NCBI GenBank assembly: GCA_003158395.1
Contig: PMIX01000238.1
Location: forward strand, 1-51,531
Reading direction: 5' to 3'
From: Myxococcales bacterium
Lineage (GTDB): Bacteria > Myxococcota_A > Polyangia > Fen-1088
DNA length: 51,531 nt
A model generated the notes under the pieces. It saw nothing but the letters and a program-made list of their open reading frames with translations. It had not been told where the DNA came from and did no database searches. The position numbers were made by a program, and so were the translations under genes. Position 1 is the stretch's first letter. Each line of letters begins with the position of its first letter. Below are positions 20,713-29,772 of this stretch, in pieces.

Positions 20713-23178
20713 ATGACCATCGAGAACCCCACGGCCGACAACGCGACATCCGCGGCGCCCCGCTTCCTTCCCCTGCTGCTCCTGCTGTTCTTCGGCAGCG
20801 GCTGTGCCGCGTTGATCTACGAGATTGTCTGGTTCCAGTTGCTGCAACTGGTAATCGGGTCAACCGCCGTCTCCCTGGGCGTGTTGCTGGGGACATTCAT
20901 GGGCGGGATGTGCCTAGGCAGCTTCGCCTTGCCCCGTGTCGTCTCGGCGCGGGAGCATCCCTTGCGTATCTACGCGTTGATGGAGCTGGCAATTGGGCTC
21001 ATCGCGATCTTGGTGTTGGTTGGCGTGCCAGCCATTGGAGGCCTCTACGCCGCCGGGGTCGGTTATGGACTTCCGGGGATTCTGCTGCGAGGCATCGTCT
21101 GCGCCCTGTGCCTGCTGCCACCGACCCTGCTGATGGGCGCTACCCTGCCCGCGGTTTCCCGGTGGATCGAGACCACACCGGAGGGAATCTCCTGGCTGGG
21201 CTTCTTCTACGGCGGGAACATAGCCGGCGCCGTGTTGGGGTCGTTGCTGACGGGGTTCTATCTGCTGCGCGTGCACGGTACAGCGACAGCGACCTTCGTG
21301 GCGGTGGCCATCAATGGAACGGTGGCAAGCATCGCCTTCACCCTGGCACGACGGACGCCCCATCACACAGCGGTTGTCACGCCGAACCCGCGTTCCGCGG
21401 CGTCCGAGGCCAGCACGCGCCTCGTCTACGTCACGATCGCGCTGTCGGGAATGAGCGCGCTGGGCGCTGAGGTCGTCTGGACGCGGCTGCTGTCTCTGAT
21501 GCTGGGCGCGACGGTCTACACCTTCTCCGTCATTCTGGCTGTGTTCCTCGTGGGCTTGGGCCTCGGCAGCAGTGCGGGTTCCTACCTGTCGCGCCGGACA
21601 GAATCGCCGCGGATCGCTCTGGCTTGGTCTCAGATGTTGTTGACCCTGGCCATCGCTTGGACCGCGTTCATGCTCACCCGATCCATCCCCTATTGGCCGA
21701 TTAACCCCTCGCTTTCCCAAAGTCCCGGCATCACCTTCCAAATCGATCTCGTGCGCTGCCTCTGGGCGATCCTGCCGGCCGCCTGTCTGTGGGGCGCCAG
21801 TTTCCCATTGGCGCTGGCCGCAGCAGTGTCACGTGGACAGGACCCCGGGCGCCTGGTGGGAGGAATCTATGCGGCCAATACCGTCGGAGCGATCGTGGGA
21901 GCGCTTGGCTTCAGCATGCTGGTCATCCCCGCCATGGGAACCCAGCAAGCCCAGCGGCTCCTCATTGCCCTGGCCGCGACCGCCGCGGTGTTGGCTCTCG
22001 CCTCGTCCTCCCAGCAACAGGATTCCATGCCGGGCAAATCCCTCCCTCGGGCCTCCAAGGACGCCGGCACGGCACCCGTCGCGATCTTCACCGCAATCGT
22101 TGCCCTCCTTATCTGGAGCGTGGCGCCGATTCCGCCCGGAACAGTGGGATATGGGCGATCCGTCCTGACCTACAACCCCTTGCCGAAGTTTCTCTATGTC
22201 GGCGAAGGCATGAATGCCTCGGTCGCAGTTTCAGAATGGCCGACCGGCGTGCGGACCTTCCACGTCAGCGGCAAGGTCGAGGCATCGACGGCTCCCATGG
22301 ACATGCGCTTGCAGGCCATGCTGGCACACATTCCGGCCTTGCTGCACCCGCAACCGCGTTCGGTTCTGATTGTCGGATTTGGCGCTGGCGTCACCGCCGG
22401 CTCTTTCCTGCCCTATCCCGACATCCGGAGAATCGTCATCTGCGAAATCGAACCCCTGATTCCCAGGGTCGTGTCCCGCTACTTTGGAACGCAGAATCGC
22501 CACGTGCTCGACGATTCGCGCACAGAAGTAGTCTATGACGATGCCCGCCACTACATTCTCACCACTCGCGAGAAATTCGACATCATCACCTCAGACCCGG
22601 TTCATCCCTGGGTCAAGGGAGCGGCGACCCTCTACACCAAGGAATACTTCGAGCAGGTCCGACGGCACTTGAATCCTGGCGGACTGGTCACCCAATGGGT
22701 GCCCCTGTACGAGAGCAATTCCGCCGTAGTCAAGAGCGAGATCGCAACCTTCTGGGATGTTTTCCCCTACACTTCGATTTGGGGGAACACCAACAGCGGC
22801 CAGGGCTATGACACCGTCTTGCTGGGCAAGGCTGATGCTCTGGAGATCGACCTGAACCAGATCCGAGATCGTGCCGAGCGCCCGGACTATTCTGATGTGT
22901 TACCGGCGCTGACTGGCGTGGGGTTCAAGCCGCCGATTGATCTGCTGGGAACCTTCGCCGGGCAAGCGTCCGATCTCAGGTCGTGGCTAAGGAATGCCGA
23001 GATCAACCGCGATCGGAACCTGCGGCTGCAGTATTTGGCCGGCCTCCAACTCAATCTCTATCAGGGCGAGCCCATCTATCGCGAGATCTTGAAGCAGCGC
23101 AAGTTTCCCGGGGACCTGTTCGTCGGCTCGGACGATCTGAAAGAGTTGGTCGCCAAGGCGATGAAGATATCGCGATAG
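20713..23178 (+). CDS. Fused polytopic membrane (MFS-like) / spermidine synthase-like protein
   Basis: About 12 TM segments at the N-terminus. The aminopropyltransferase/methyltransferase fold follows: VLIVGFGAGVTAGSFL...IVICEIEPLI...VVYDDARHYI...FDIITSDPVHPWVKGAATLYTKEYF...LNPGGLVTQW. Confidence 0.8.
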   Translation: MTIENPTADNATSAAPRFLPLLLLLFFGSGCAALIYEIVWFQLLQLVIGSTAVSLGVLLGTFMGGMCLGSFALPRVVSAREHPLRIYALMELAIGLIAILVLVGVPAIGGLYAAGVGYGLPGILLRGIVCALCLLPPTLLMGATLPAVSRWIETTPEGISWLGFFYGGNIAGAVLGSLLTGFYLLRVHGTATATFVAVAINGTVASIAFTLARRTPHHTAVVTPNPRSAASEASTRLVYVTIALSGMSALGAEVVWTRLLSLMLGATVYTFSVILAVFLVGLGLGSSAGSYLSRRTESPRIALAWSQMLLTLAIAWTAFMLTRSIPYWPINPSLSQSPGITFQIDLVRCLWAILPAACLWGASFPLALAAAVSRGQDPGRLVGGIYAANTVGAIVGALGFSMLVIPAMGTQQAQRLLIALAATAAVLALASSSQQQDSMPGKSLPRASKDAGTAPVAIFTAIVALLIWSVAPIPPGTVGYGRSVLTYNPLPKFLYVGEGMNASVAVSEWPTGVRTFHVSGKVEASTAPMDMRLQAMLAHIPALLHPQPRSVLIVGFGAGVTAGSFLPYPDIRRIVICEIEPLIPRVVSRYFGTQNRHVLDDSRTEVVYDDARHYILTTREKFDIITSDPVHPWVKGAATLYTKEYFEQVRRHLNPGGLVTQWVPLYESNSAVVKSEIATFWDVFPYTSIWGNTNSGQGYDTVLLGKADALEIDLNQIRDRAERPDYSDVLPALTGVGFKPPIDLLGTFAGQASDLRSWLRNAEINRDRNLRLQYLAGLQLNLYQGEPIYREILKQRKFPGDLFVGSDDLKELVAKAMKISR

Positions 23179-23339
23179 GGCCCTCACGCCCCGTCGCATC
23201 TTTCCAGCGCGGCTGGATGTCAAGTTTCAACCCCGGATGGAATCTGGGCCAAAGCCCCGTTGCAAGAAATCTCAGAAGTGGGAATTGAGGAGTCAATCTC
23301 CGAACGGTTGCGGCATGGCATCTCTTGGAGCCATACGAA

Positions 23340-23510
23340 GAAGAGGCCCGCCTTTCTCCGTGCGGCACGCGCGCCCCGTGTGGCCGAGAACGAAGGCTAG
23401 CGTTGCTGGGTGGGGGTTCCCTGGAAATGCTCCGCACCCTCATGGGGCACAGCTCGGTGACCACCACCGAGCGCTACAGCCACCTGCGGCCCGACCTGTT
23501 CGCGGAATCG
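23340..23510 (+). pseudogene. Tyrosine recombinase (phage-type integrase) C-terminal remnant, frameshifted
   Basis: The frame of ORF 23325 reads LLGGGSLEMLRTLMGHSSVTTTERYSHLRPDLF, the integrase box II with catalytic Tyr. A possible box-II upstream Arg-His (VRHARP) sits in a different frame at ~23360, and a third frame contains a stop. There is no N-terminal or core domain upstream. Confidence 0.5.
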
Positions 23511-23663
23511 GCCTTCGGCGCCATGAACGTGGATCTTTCCCGACCGGCCGGCGACGTGGTACCACTTCCGCCTGCCCCGGGAAAATCCGAGTCCAGAATA
23601 GCAACCACGCAGCAAGACATTACAGAAGGAAAACCAGCCCAAGTCACCGAAAACAAAACGTTT

Positions 23664-23740
<77 letters not shown>

Positions 23741-23851
23741 CCAGAATGATCGGCGAGCGCAGCGTGGCTTAGCCGCGCGGAGCGAGGGGGGCTCGGGGGC
23801 GTGCGAGCGAAGCGAGCCACACCCACGATACCACGCCCGGCGGTTTCCTGG

Positions 23852-23927
23852 TCGCGTGGGGAGCCCGCCGGCTCTGCCGGCGGCGGACCATCGCGGGAGG
23901 GTTTGGGAACCCTCTGAGGGTTCCCAT
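23852..23927 (+). repeat. Intergenic repeat element, copy A (76 nt, ends in a perfect 9-bp hairpin)
   Basis: TCGCGTGGGGAGCCCGCCGGCT...ACCATCGCGGGAGGGTTTGGGAACCCTctgAGGGTTCCCAT. About 90 percent identical to copy C. Confidence 0.85.
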
Positions 23928-23938
23928 ATCAAACTGCC

Positions 23939-23968
23939 GGTCGCCTGTTCGAATCAGGCCGGGGTCAC
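23939..23968 (+). repeat. Direct repeat copy 2: orphan duplicate of the tRNA-Arg 3' end (att-like scar)
   Basis: Identical 30-mer located 230 bp downstream of copy 1. It has no 5' tRNA half. Confidence 0.9.
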
Positions 23969-23975
23969 TGTCAGT

Positions 23976-25079
23976 TCAGGCTGCCCCTGCCAGACCGCGC
24001 TCCACGACGTACTCGGGCAACCGACCTTCCACGATCGCCCGGCGCGCGCCACGCACGAGCGCGAGGTAGTGGTGAAGGTTGTGCAAGGTCGCAAGCCGGT
24101 AGTAGAGGATCTCCTTGACGCGAAAGAGATGGGCCAGATAGGCGCGGCTGTAGCGCCGGCAAGTCTCACAGGGACAGCCCTCTTCGATGGGGAGGGCGGC
24201 GATGCAATGAACGGCATTCGCGATGTTGATGTGGCCCCCGCGTACGAAGAGACGGCCGTTCCGCGCAGCGCGCGTGGGCATCACACAATCGAACATGTCG
24301 ATTCCCGACGAGATGGCAACCAGAAGATCCGCAGGCGTTCCCACACCCATCAGATAGCGGGGCAACTCCGCCGGCATGCGTGGCGCGATCTCCCGCACTA
24401 CCGTGTGCATGGTCTCAGGTGGTTCCCCCACGCTGAGCCCGCCCAGTGCCACGCCATCGAAAGACAACCCCGCGATCTCGGCCAGGTGTTCCGCGCGCAG
24501 GCCGAGGTCCGCACCCCCTTGTACGATGCCGAAGCGCAGTTGCCCGGGCGCAGGCGTCGTGGCCACGCAGCGACGCGCCCAGCGTGTGGTGCGCTCCATC
24601 GCTCGGCACAGTACGTCGCGGGACGCGTCTGAGGGCGGGCACTCGTCGAAGGCCATCGCGATGTCGCTGCCCAGGTCAGCCTGGATGGCCATGGCCGACT
24701 CAGGCGTCAGGCGCTGCGGGCTGCCGTCGACATGTGAATGGAAGGTCACACCGTCGTCGTCGATCTTGCGGCGACCTTTCTGGCTGAACACCTGGTAGCC
24801 ACCCGAATCGGTGAGGATGGCGCGCGGCCAGGCCATGAAAGCGTGCAGCCCGCCTAGATCGCGCACCAGCCGAGCGCCCGGACGCATGGCCAGATGATAG
24901 GTGTTGGCCAAGACAATCCGCACCTCGAGCGCCTCTAGATCGCCGGAGGCCAGCGACTTTACGGTGGCCTGCGTACCCACCGGCATGAACACCGGTGTTT
25001 CGACTGGGCCGTGGTTGGTTTGCAGCAACCCGGCCCGCGCGTCGCCGCAGCGGGCTTGTACCACGAAGGGGACACTCAT
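23976..25079 (-). CDS. tgt: tRNA-guanine transglycosylase (queuine tRNA-ribosyltransferase)
   Basis: N-terminus ARAGLLQTNHGPVETPVFMPVGTQATVK, the DSGGYQ motif, and the Zn site CxCxxC...H (CPCETCRRYSRAYLAHL). Confidence 0.95.
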   Translation of the reverse strand: MSVPFVVQARCGDARAGLLQTNHGPVETPVFMPVGTQATVKSLASGDLEALEVRIVLANTYHLAMRPGARLVRDLGGLHAFMAWPRAILTDSGGYQVFSQKGRRKIDDDGVTFHSHVDGSPQRLTPESAMAIQADLGSDIAMAFDECPPSDASRDVLCRAMERTTRWARRCVATTPAPGQLRFGIVQGGADLGLRAEHLAEIAGLSFDGVALGGLSVGEPPETMHTVVREIAPRMPAELPRYLMGVGTPADLLVAISSGIDMFDCVMPTRAARNGRLFVRGGHINIANAVHCIAALPIEEGCPCETCRRYSRAYLAHLFRVKEILYYRLATLHNLHHYLALVRGARRAIVEGRLPEYVVERGLAGAA

Positions 25080-26158
25080 TGGGGCAGCTTCCCGGGACGG
25101 ATGAACATGGCGTCACCGTAACTATAGAACCGATACTCGCGTTCGATGGCCTCTCGGTACGCATCCAGCACCCGCTCGCGACCGGCAAAGGCAGCCACCA
25201 GCATGAGCAGCGACGAGCGGGGCAAGTGGAAGTTGGTCACCAGGTCGGTCACCACGCGAAACTCGGTCCCGGGCAGAAGCAAGAGGCGGGTCGCACCGCA
25301 GCCGGCAGCCAAGGGGCCCAGCCTGGCCAGGGTCTCCAAGGTGCGCACCACCGTCGTGCCCACGGCCACGATGGGCCGGCCTTGCGTCTGAGCTTGGCGC
25401 AGGCTCTCGGCGGCGGCCTCGGAGACCTGATAGCGTTCGGCATCGAGGTGATGTTGGGTGGGGTCCGAAGTGACGACCGGGCGAAAGGTGCCGGGGCCCA
25501 CGTGCAAGGTGATGCACGCGATCTCGTGGCCCGCAGCCTGCAGCTCGGTCAGAAGCTCTTTGGTGAAATGCAGGCCCGCCGTGGGAGCTGCAACGGCGCC
25601 TGGCTGGTGCGCGTAGACCGTCTGATAGCGAGCCTTGTCGTCGGGCGACCGGACCGCAGTCCCCCGTTCTCTTCGAGCTGCCTCGATGTAGGGGGGCAGC
25701 GGAACCGATCCGAACTCCTCGATATGCGCCAACAACCCCGCCTTGCCCTTCCCCGAGAAGCGAAGCTCGACCTCTCCCCGCGGCCCCCGCCGAAGGATTT
25801 CGGCCTGCAAATCGCCCGCGAAGCGCAAACGTGCGCGTGGGGGCTGCCGGCCCAGCCCGCGCGCCAATGCACGCCAGTCTTCGCACCAGCACCTATCGTC
25901 GCTGCTGTCATCAGAAGAGTCAGCCGACGCCCTCTCGACCAAAAGAACCTCAACCTGACCGCCGGTGGACTTGGTTCCTGACAGTCGCGCCGGAATGACG
26001 CGCGTGTCGTTCACCACCAGCAAGGAACGCGGGCGCAGAAAGCGAGCGATGCTTCCGAAAAGAGCGTGATTGCGCTCGCCCGTGTCTCGGCTAAGAATCA
26101 GTAGGCGCGACTCGTCCCGCCGTGGGGCTGGTTGCGTGGCGACCAATCGAGATGGCAA
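25076..26158 (-). CDS. queA: S-adenosylmethionine:tRNA ribosyltransferase-isomerase
   Basis: Motifs LLVVNDTRVIPARL, LPPYI, YQTVYA, GAVAAPTAGLHFT, VGTTVVRTLE and YRFYSYGDAM. ATGA overlap with tgt. Confidence 0.9.
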   Translation of the reverse strand: MPSRLVATQPAPRRDESRLLILSRDTGERNHALFGSIARFLRPRSLLVVNDTRVIPARLSGTKSTGGQVEVLLVERASADSSDDSSDDRCWCEDWRALARGLGRQPPRARLRFAGDLQAEILRRGPRGEVELRFSGKGKAGLLAHIEEFGSVPLPPYIEAARRERGTAVRSPDDKARYQTVYAHQPGAVAAPTAGLHFTKELLTELQAAGHEIACITLHVGPGTFRPVVTSDPTQHHLDAERYQVSEAAAESLRQAQTQGRPIVAVGTTVVRTLETLARLGPLAAGCGATRLLLLPGTEFRVVTDLVTNFHLPRSSLLMLVAAFAGRERVLDAYREAIEREYRFYSYGDAMFIRPGKLPQ

Positions 26159-26212
26159 CTGGTAGTTGAAATCCTCGGTTTGCAGGTAGTATCAACTCCT
26201 CAAAGGCGTAGC

Positions 26213-26932
26213 ATGCCCGTAGGCAGAACAAAGGCAATGTCTAGGGATCGTAAGGATGATACCTCGTCGGCTCCCTCGGGTGCCGCCCACTTCCCGGAGC
26301 TCATCGTCAAGAACACCCGGGAGTTTCTCGCCGGCTTCCAGCCTTCGGGCGGAAACGGAGGCGTCTTCTGTCCCACCCGTCGCAACATTCCCGTGGGCGA
26401 GATGGTGGCCGTAAGGGTCCGCCTCGGTCGCCGGCAGCCCCCCATGGTGGTGTATGGACGGGTCGCTTGGCGGCGGCCCGGACGACACATCCTCAAGATC
26501 CGCGCCGGCATCGGCGTCGAGTTCCTGGCCGACGAACGTGCCAAGTGGGAGTACCTACTCGATCTCGCCCGGGCCGGGACCAGCGCCCACAGCCGGCGGC
26601 GCCATGAGCGTATCCCCGTGGACCTGCCCATCTCCTGGCGACCCGTCGGCAGGCTGGAGGGGTTCTCCGGCCACCTGCACGACGTGGGGCGCGGCGGTGC
26701 CTTCGTACTGTCATCCGCCACCGTGGCCATCCAAGAGCGGGTGGTGCTGGAAATCGCGCCCCCTGGCGCTGAAGTGCCCATGGCCTTCATCGGTCGGGTG
26801 GCCTGGACGGGCAAATCCGGCAGTGAGAACGTGTTCGGCATCGAGTGGCGTGCGCGTGACGCCGGCGGCGGACGGCGCATCAAAGAGCTGGTTCGCAGGC
26901 TGACCGATCTGCAAACCCCTTTGCGGATTTAG
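26213..26932 (+). CDS. Tandem PilZ-domain protein (second domain with c-di-GMP-binding motifs)
   Basis: Second half has RRRHERIPV (RxxxR) and HDVGRGGAFV (DxSxxG-like). The first half has a PilZ-like beta-barrel pattern (VAVRVRL...YGRVAWRR...GIGVEF) without RxxxR. ATG 26213 is chosen over the track start. Confidence 0.7.
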   Translation: MPVGRTKAMSRDRKDDTSSAPSGAAHFPELIVKNTREFLAGFQPSGGNGGVFCPTRRNIPVGEMVAVRVRLGRRQPPMVVYGRVAWRRPGRHILKIRAGIGVEFLADERAKWEYLLDLARAGTSAHSRRRHERIPVDLPISWRPVGRLEGFSGHLHDVGRGGAFVLSSATVAIQERVVLEIAPPGAEVPMAFIGRVAWTGKSGSENVFGIEWRARDAGGGRRIKELVRRLTDLQTPLRI

Positions 26933-27120
26933 TCGCGTGGGGAGCCCGCCGGCTCCCCCTACGGGGGCTTCGGGACGGACAACCACCCTGCCCGCCCCGC
27001 GCGCTTCGCGCGCGCCCTCGTCGCCGGCGGCGCACCATCGCGCGAGGCCGAGCGAAGCGAGCGGGGTGGAGGTGGCGGGTGGGGGGCCGAAGGGTTTGGG
27101 AACCCTTTGAGGGTTCCCAT
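26933..27120 (+). repeat. Intergenic repeat element, copy B (188 nt, expanded version)
   Basis: It has the same termini as copies A and C (TCGCGTGGGGAGCCCGCCGGCT ... GGGTTTGGGAACCCTttgAGGGTTCCCAT) with two internal insertions. One contains GAGCGAAGCGAGC, which is also present just upstream of copy A (~23795). Confidence 0.85.
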
Positions 27121-27133
27121 GTCAATAAAATCC

Positions 27134-28294
27134 TCACCAAATCAGCGACAGCGCGTACAGGGTCCCGCTGTTCGCGAGTACATAGATCTCGCGGCGCTCG
27201 ACATCGACAAGAGGCGCCGCACACATTCCGCGGCCCGGGTCGAACATTTGCAGGAGCTGACCGTTCGATCGGTCCACCACGAACAACCCTGCCCGGGCAC
27301 CCGTGAAAACAAGATACGGGCCCACTTCCTGGGGAGGTGTCAAGTCGCCGGCCTGGGCCAGCCCTTGGCGCCATTCGATGCGTCCTTGCATCGTCACCGC
27401 GGCCAGGCCCTCCCGCGGGGACGCCACGTACAAGCGGCTCGCCCCCGCGCGGATCGCAACCGCGCCCTCCACCCCCATGCGCCAGACCAGGTCGCCGTCT
27501 TTGGCTCGCAACGCATACAGGCCCCCCGAGTAGGAAGCCGCGATTACCAGGTCATCGCGCAGGATGGGGGTTGAATCGACGTCCACAAATTGGTCAGAGG
27601 CGGCAGCCAGGGAGCGGGCCCAGCGCAGTTCACCGGTCTCGGCGCCCAGCGCCACTAGATACCCGTCGTCAAATCCTGTGTAGAGGAAATCACCACCCAG
27701 GCGTGGCCCAGCATGGCCGTGGATGCTGAATCCTTCGGGGGTTTCGCGATCGTACTGCCACCGGCGCTTGCCTGTTGTTGCTTCCAGCGCGACGACACGA
27801 TTCGCCGCGCTGGAAAAGTAGACCAAGGCCGGTCCCACCTCGGGCCGACGCTCGACCGAGCCCTTGCCCGCATACGACCAACGAATCTTCCCATCCTGCG
27901 GGTCGATCGCGTAGAAAACCCCGTCGTCGCTGCCCAAGTAGATCTGACCGCGCGCCTGATCAAAAAGCGCCTCACCGTCAACGCCCCCCGCAATCGGCAC
28001 GGACCAAATCAGGCGGCCGCTCGCCGTGTCCACCGCCGCCACATGGTCCGCGCGCGAGCCAAGAATGAGACGCGAGTCGACCAGGGCGCCGGTGGCACAT
28101 TCTTCGGGCTGTGTTTCGCTGGCGGAGTAGGGATGGATGACGACGCGCCAGCGCATCTGGACGACGCCGGCTGGATACTCGTGCCGCTCCTCGGTCGCGC
28201 GATGAAGGGCGCCGCTTCCGCAGCCGCACAACCAGAGCACGAGCAGGCTGACCGCACGGCCGGGGCCAGCCGCAAGTTGGCGCGGAAACGGCAT
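27134..28294 (-). CDS. bamB: Outer-membrane protein assembly factor BamB (PQQ-like beta-propeller lipoprotein)
   Basis: ATG 28294 gives MPFPRQLAAGPGRAVSLLVLWLCGC (lipobox). Repeated propeller blades follow (GRLIWS, GKIRWSY, GKRRWQY, GELRWA, GDLVWR, GRIEWRQ). The position after a yfgM-like gene matches the E. coli order. The track ORF to 28960 is an over-extension. Confidence 0.8.
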   Translation of the reverse strand: MPFPRQLAAGPGRAVSLLVLWLCGCGSGALHRATEERHEYPAGVVQMRWRVVIHPYSASETQPEECATGALVDSRLILGSRADHVAAVDTASGRLIWSVPIAGGVDGEALFDQARGQIYLGSDDGVFYAIDPQDGKIRWSYAGKGSVERRPEVGPALVYFSSAANRVVALEATTGKRRWQYDRETPEGFSIHGHAGPRLGGDFLYTGFDDGYLVALGAETGELRWARSLAAASDQFVDVDSTPILRDDLVIAASYSGGLYALRAKDGDLVWRMGVEGAVAIRAGASRLYVASPREGLAAVTMQGRIEWRQGLAQAGDLTPPQEVGPYLVFTGARAGLFVVDRSNGQLLQMFDPGRGMCAAPLVDVERREIYVLANSGTLYALSLIW

Positions 28295-28304
28295 CAACCG
28301 CTCG

Positions 28305-29051
28305 TTATTGGTCGCCCAGCGCGGCCAGGCGGTCATCGATTTCCCTGCGCAGTGATGTCTTGGGCATCTTGTCCAGAATCTCGCGCAGGATCTTCTCGGC
28401 GTCCTTGCCCTTGCCCTGCTTCTGCAGCAAGCGCGCCTTGGCAAAGAGGGCCCGGTCCGCATAGAAATTCCCGACCTGTTGCGCCTCGCGGGCCATGGTG
28501 TTGTACACGTCGATGGCCTTGTCGATCTGGCCCTGAGCCTCGAAGGCCAAGGCCAAACCGTCCTGTTCGACCAGGCGCATGTCCTTATCAGCTTCGCTTT
28601 GCGAGAGTTGCTGGAAAGCCGTGGCCGCATCCGCAGCCTTGCCCAGGCGGAGCAGCGAATTGGCCCTGATGAGTAGAACCCGCCGGGCAAGGTCCGAAGA
28701 ACCATGCGCAGCCACGAAGGCATCGGCCTCCGTGACGGTGGCCTGCAGGCGCTCCTGGTCGGTCTTGAAACGTGGACCCTCGTCGTCGTCCGACTTGGTT
28801 TCCTCGCCCTTCTCGGGCAGAAGCGGCGCAAGCGTCGTCTTCTCGATGCGCGAGAAAGCCTCGGTTTCCGTAATGACGAGGTGCTGCTTCCAGGCCATGC
28901 CACCCCAAGTGCCGCCACCCGCGACCACGACAAGCACGCCGGTCGCGATGACCTTGCCACGATGGGCCGAAATGCGAGAACCGAGTTGCGTCCAGAAGCT
29001 GACGAACTCGTCGGGTTTCTTCAACTCTTTGCGACTGATGGAGTGGGCCAC
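28305..29051 (-). CDS. YfgM-like membrane-anchored TPR protein
   Basis: Short cytoplasmic N-terminus, one TM (VIATGVLVVVAGGGTWGGMAW), then helical TPR-like repeats. Located immediately upstream of bamB. Confidence 0.6.
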   Translation of the reverse strand: MAHSISRKELKKPDEFVSFWTQLGSRISAHRGKVIATGVLVVVAGGGTWGGMAWKQHLVITETEAFSRIEKTTLAPLLPEKGEETKSDDDEGPRFKTDQERLQATVTEADAFVAAHGSSDLARRVLLIRANSLLRLGKAADAATAFQQLSQSEADKDMRLVEQDGLALAFEAQGQIDKAIDVYNTMAREAQQVGNFYADRALFAKARLLQKQGKGKDAEKILREILDKMPKTSLRREIDDRLAALGDQ

Positions 29052-29110
29052 AGGGTGAGGAGATAACAGAGGGATAGGGTCGGGTCAACTGACCTTGTAC
29101 ACTGCCGGGC

Positions 29111-29653
29111 ATGCTGGGCCGCCTATTCCACGGTCTGCTGGTCGCAGCCGCCGTCATCCTGGGCGCGGCACCCAGCCCCGCGCGCGCGACCGGCGCGGAC
29201 GAAAAGCAGATCTCTGCATCGCTCGGCTTCGTCCTGGCCGGCGGTGGCGACAGCGCGCGCCCTGGGATACAGGCCGGCGTCGAAGCAACGATGGGTCTTA
29301 CCGACACCTGGGCTGGCCGTGCGGCGCTGAGCAACTCCTGGCAGCCCGAGGCGCCGTCAGCCAGGCCGGGCCACGTGACGGCCGTGTCCTTGGGTGCAAC
29401 CTATTCGCTCGACGTGGTCCGCTGGGTGCCGTTTGTGGACCTGGGATTCAGCCTGGTCGACCTGCGCGGTGATGGCACAAGCTCGCAGCGCCTCGGGCCG
29501 CAGGTGGGCCTCGGCGTAGAGTATTTGCTCTCGCGGCGCTGGACCTTGGCAGCGCTGGCCCGCTTTGACACCTTCGCCCTGCGCCTCAGGGGGTCTGGCA
29601 GCCCGCATCCGTGGTTGGCCTGTGCTGCCCTTCGCATCGGCCGGGTCTTTTGA
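29111..29653 (+). CDS. Small outer-membrane beta-barrel protein (OmpA-beta/OmpW-like, ~8 strands)
   Basis: Signal peptide (LLVAAAVILGAAPSPARA). Alternating-hydrophobicity strands (VSLGATYSL, VGLGVEYLL, WTLAALARFDTFAL) and a C-terminal aromatic residue (...RIGRVF). Confidence 0.55.
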   Translation: MLGRLFHGLLVAAAVILGAAPSPARATGADEKQISASLGFVLAGGGDSARPGIQAGVEATMGLTDTWAGRAALSNSWQPEAPSARPGHVTAVSLGATYSLDVVRWVPFVDLGFSLVDLRGDGTSSQRLGPQVGLGVEYLLSRRWTLAALARFDTFALRLRGSGSPHPWLACAALRIGRVF

Positions 29654-29772
29654 GATCCGGGACCGGCAGCCGGAACCGGCTCCGGATCCGGCCGTCGGGA
29701 CCGGATCCGGCAACCGGCCCCGCCGCCGTCACACCGGCCGCTCAACCAGCTACGAACTTTCGAGAGGCGGTA

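Noticed and set aside
23856-23930. Conserved small peptide MGSPPA...HRGRVWEPS(E/Q)GSH, encoded at the start of ORFs 23856.. and 34825..
   Set aside because: It lies inside repeat-element copies A and C. The expanded copy B breaks the reading frame, and the variable positions fall in the hairpin loop rather than at codon third positions. Conservation is at the DNA/RNA-structure level, not coding.
28295-28960. Upstream extension of the bamB ORF (track 27134..28960)
   Set aside because: It overlaps the yfgM-like gene out of frame. The BamB lipoprotein signal starts at ATG 28294.
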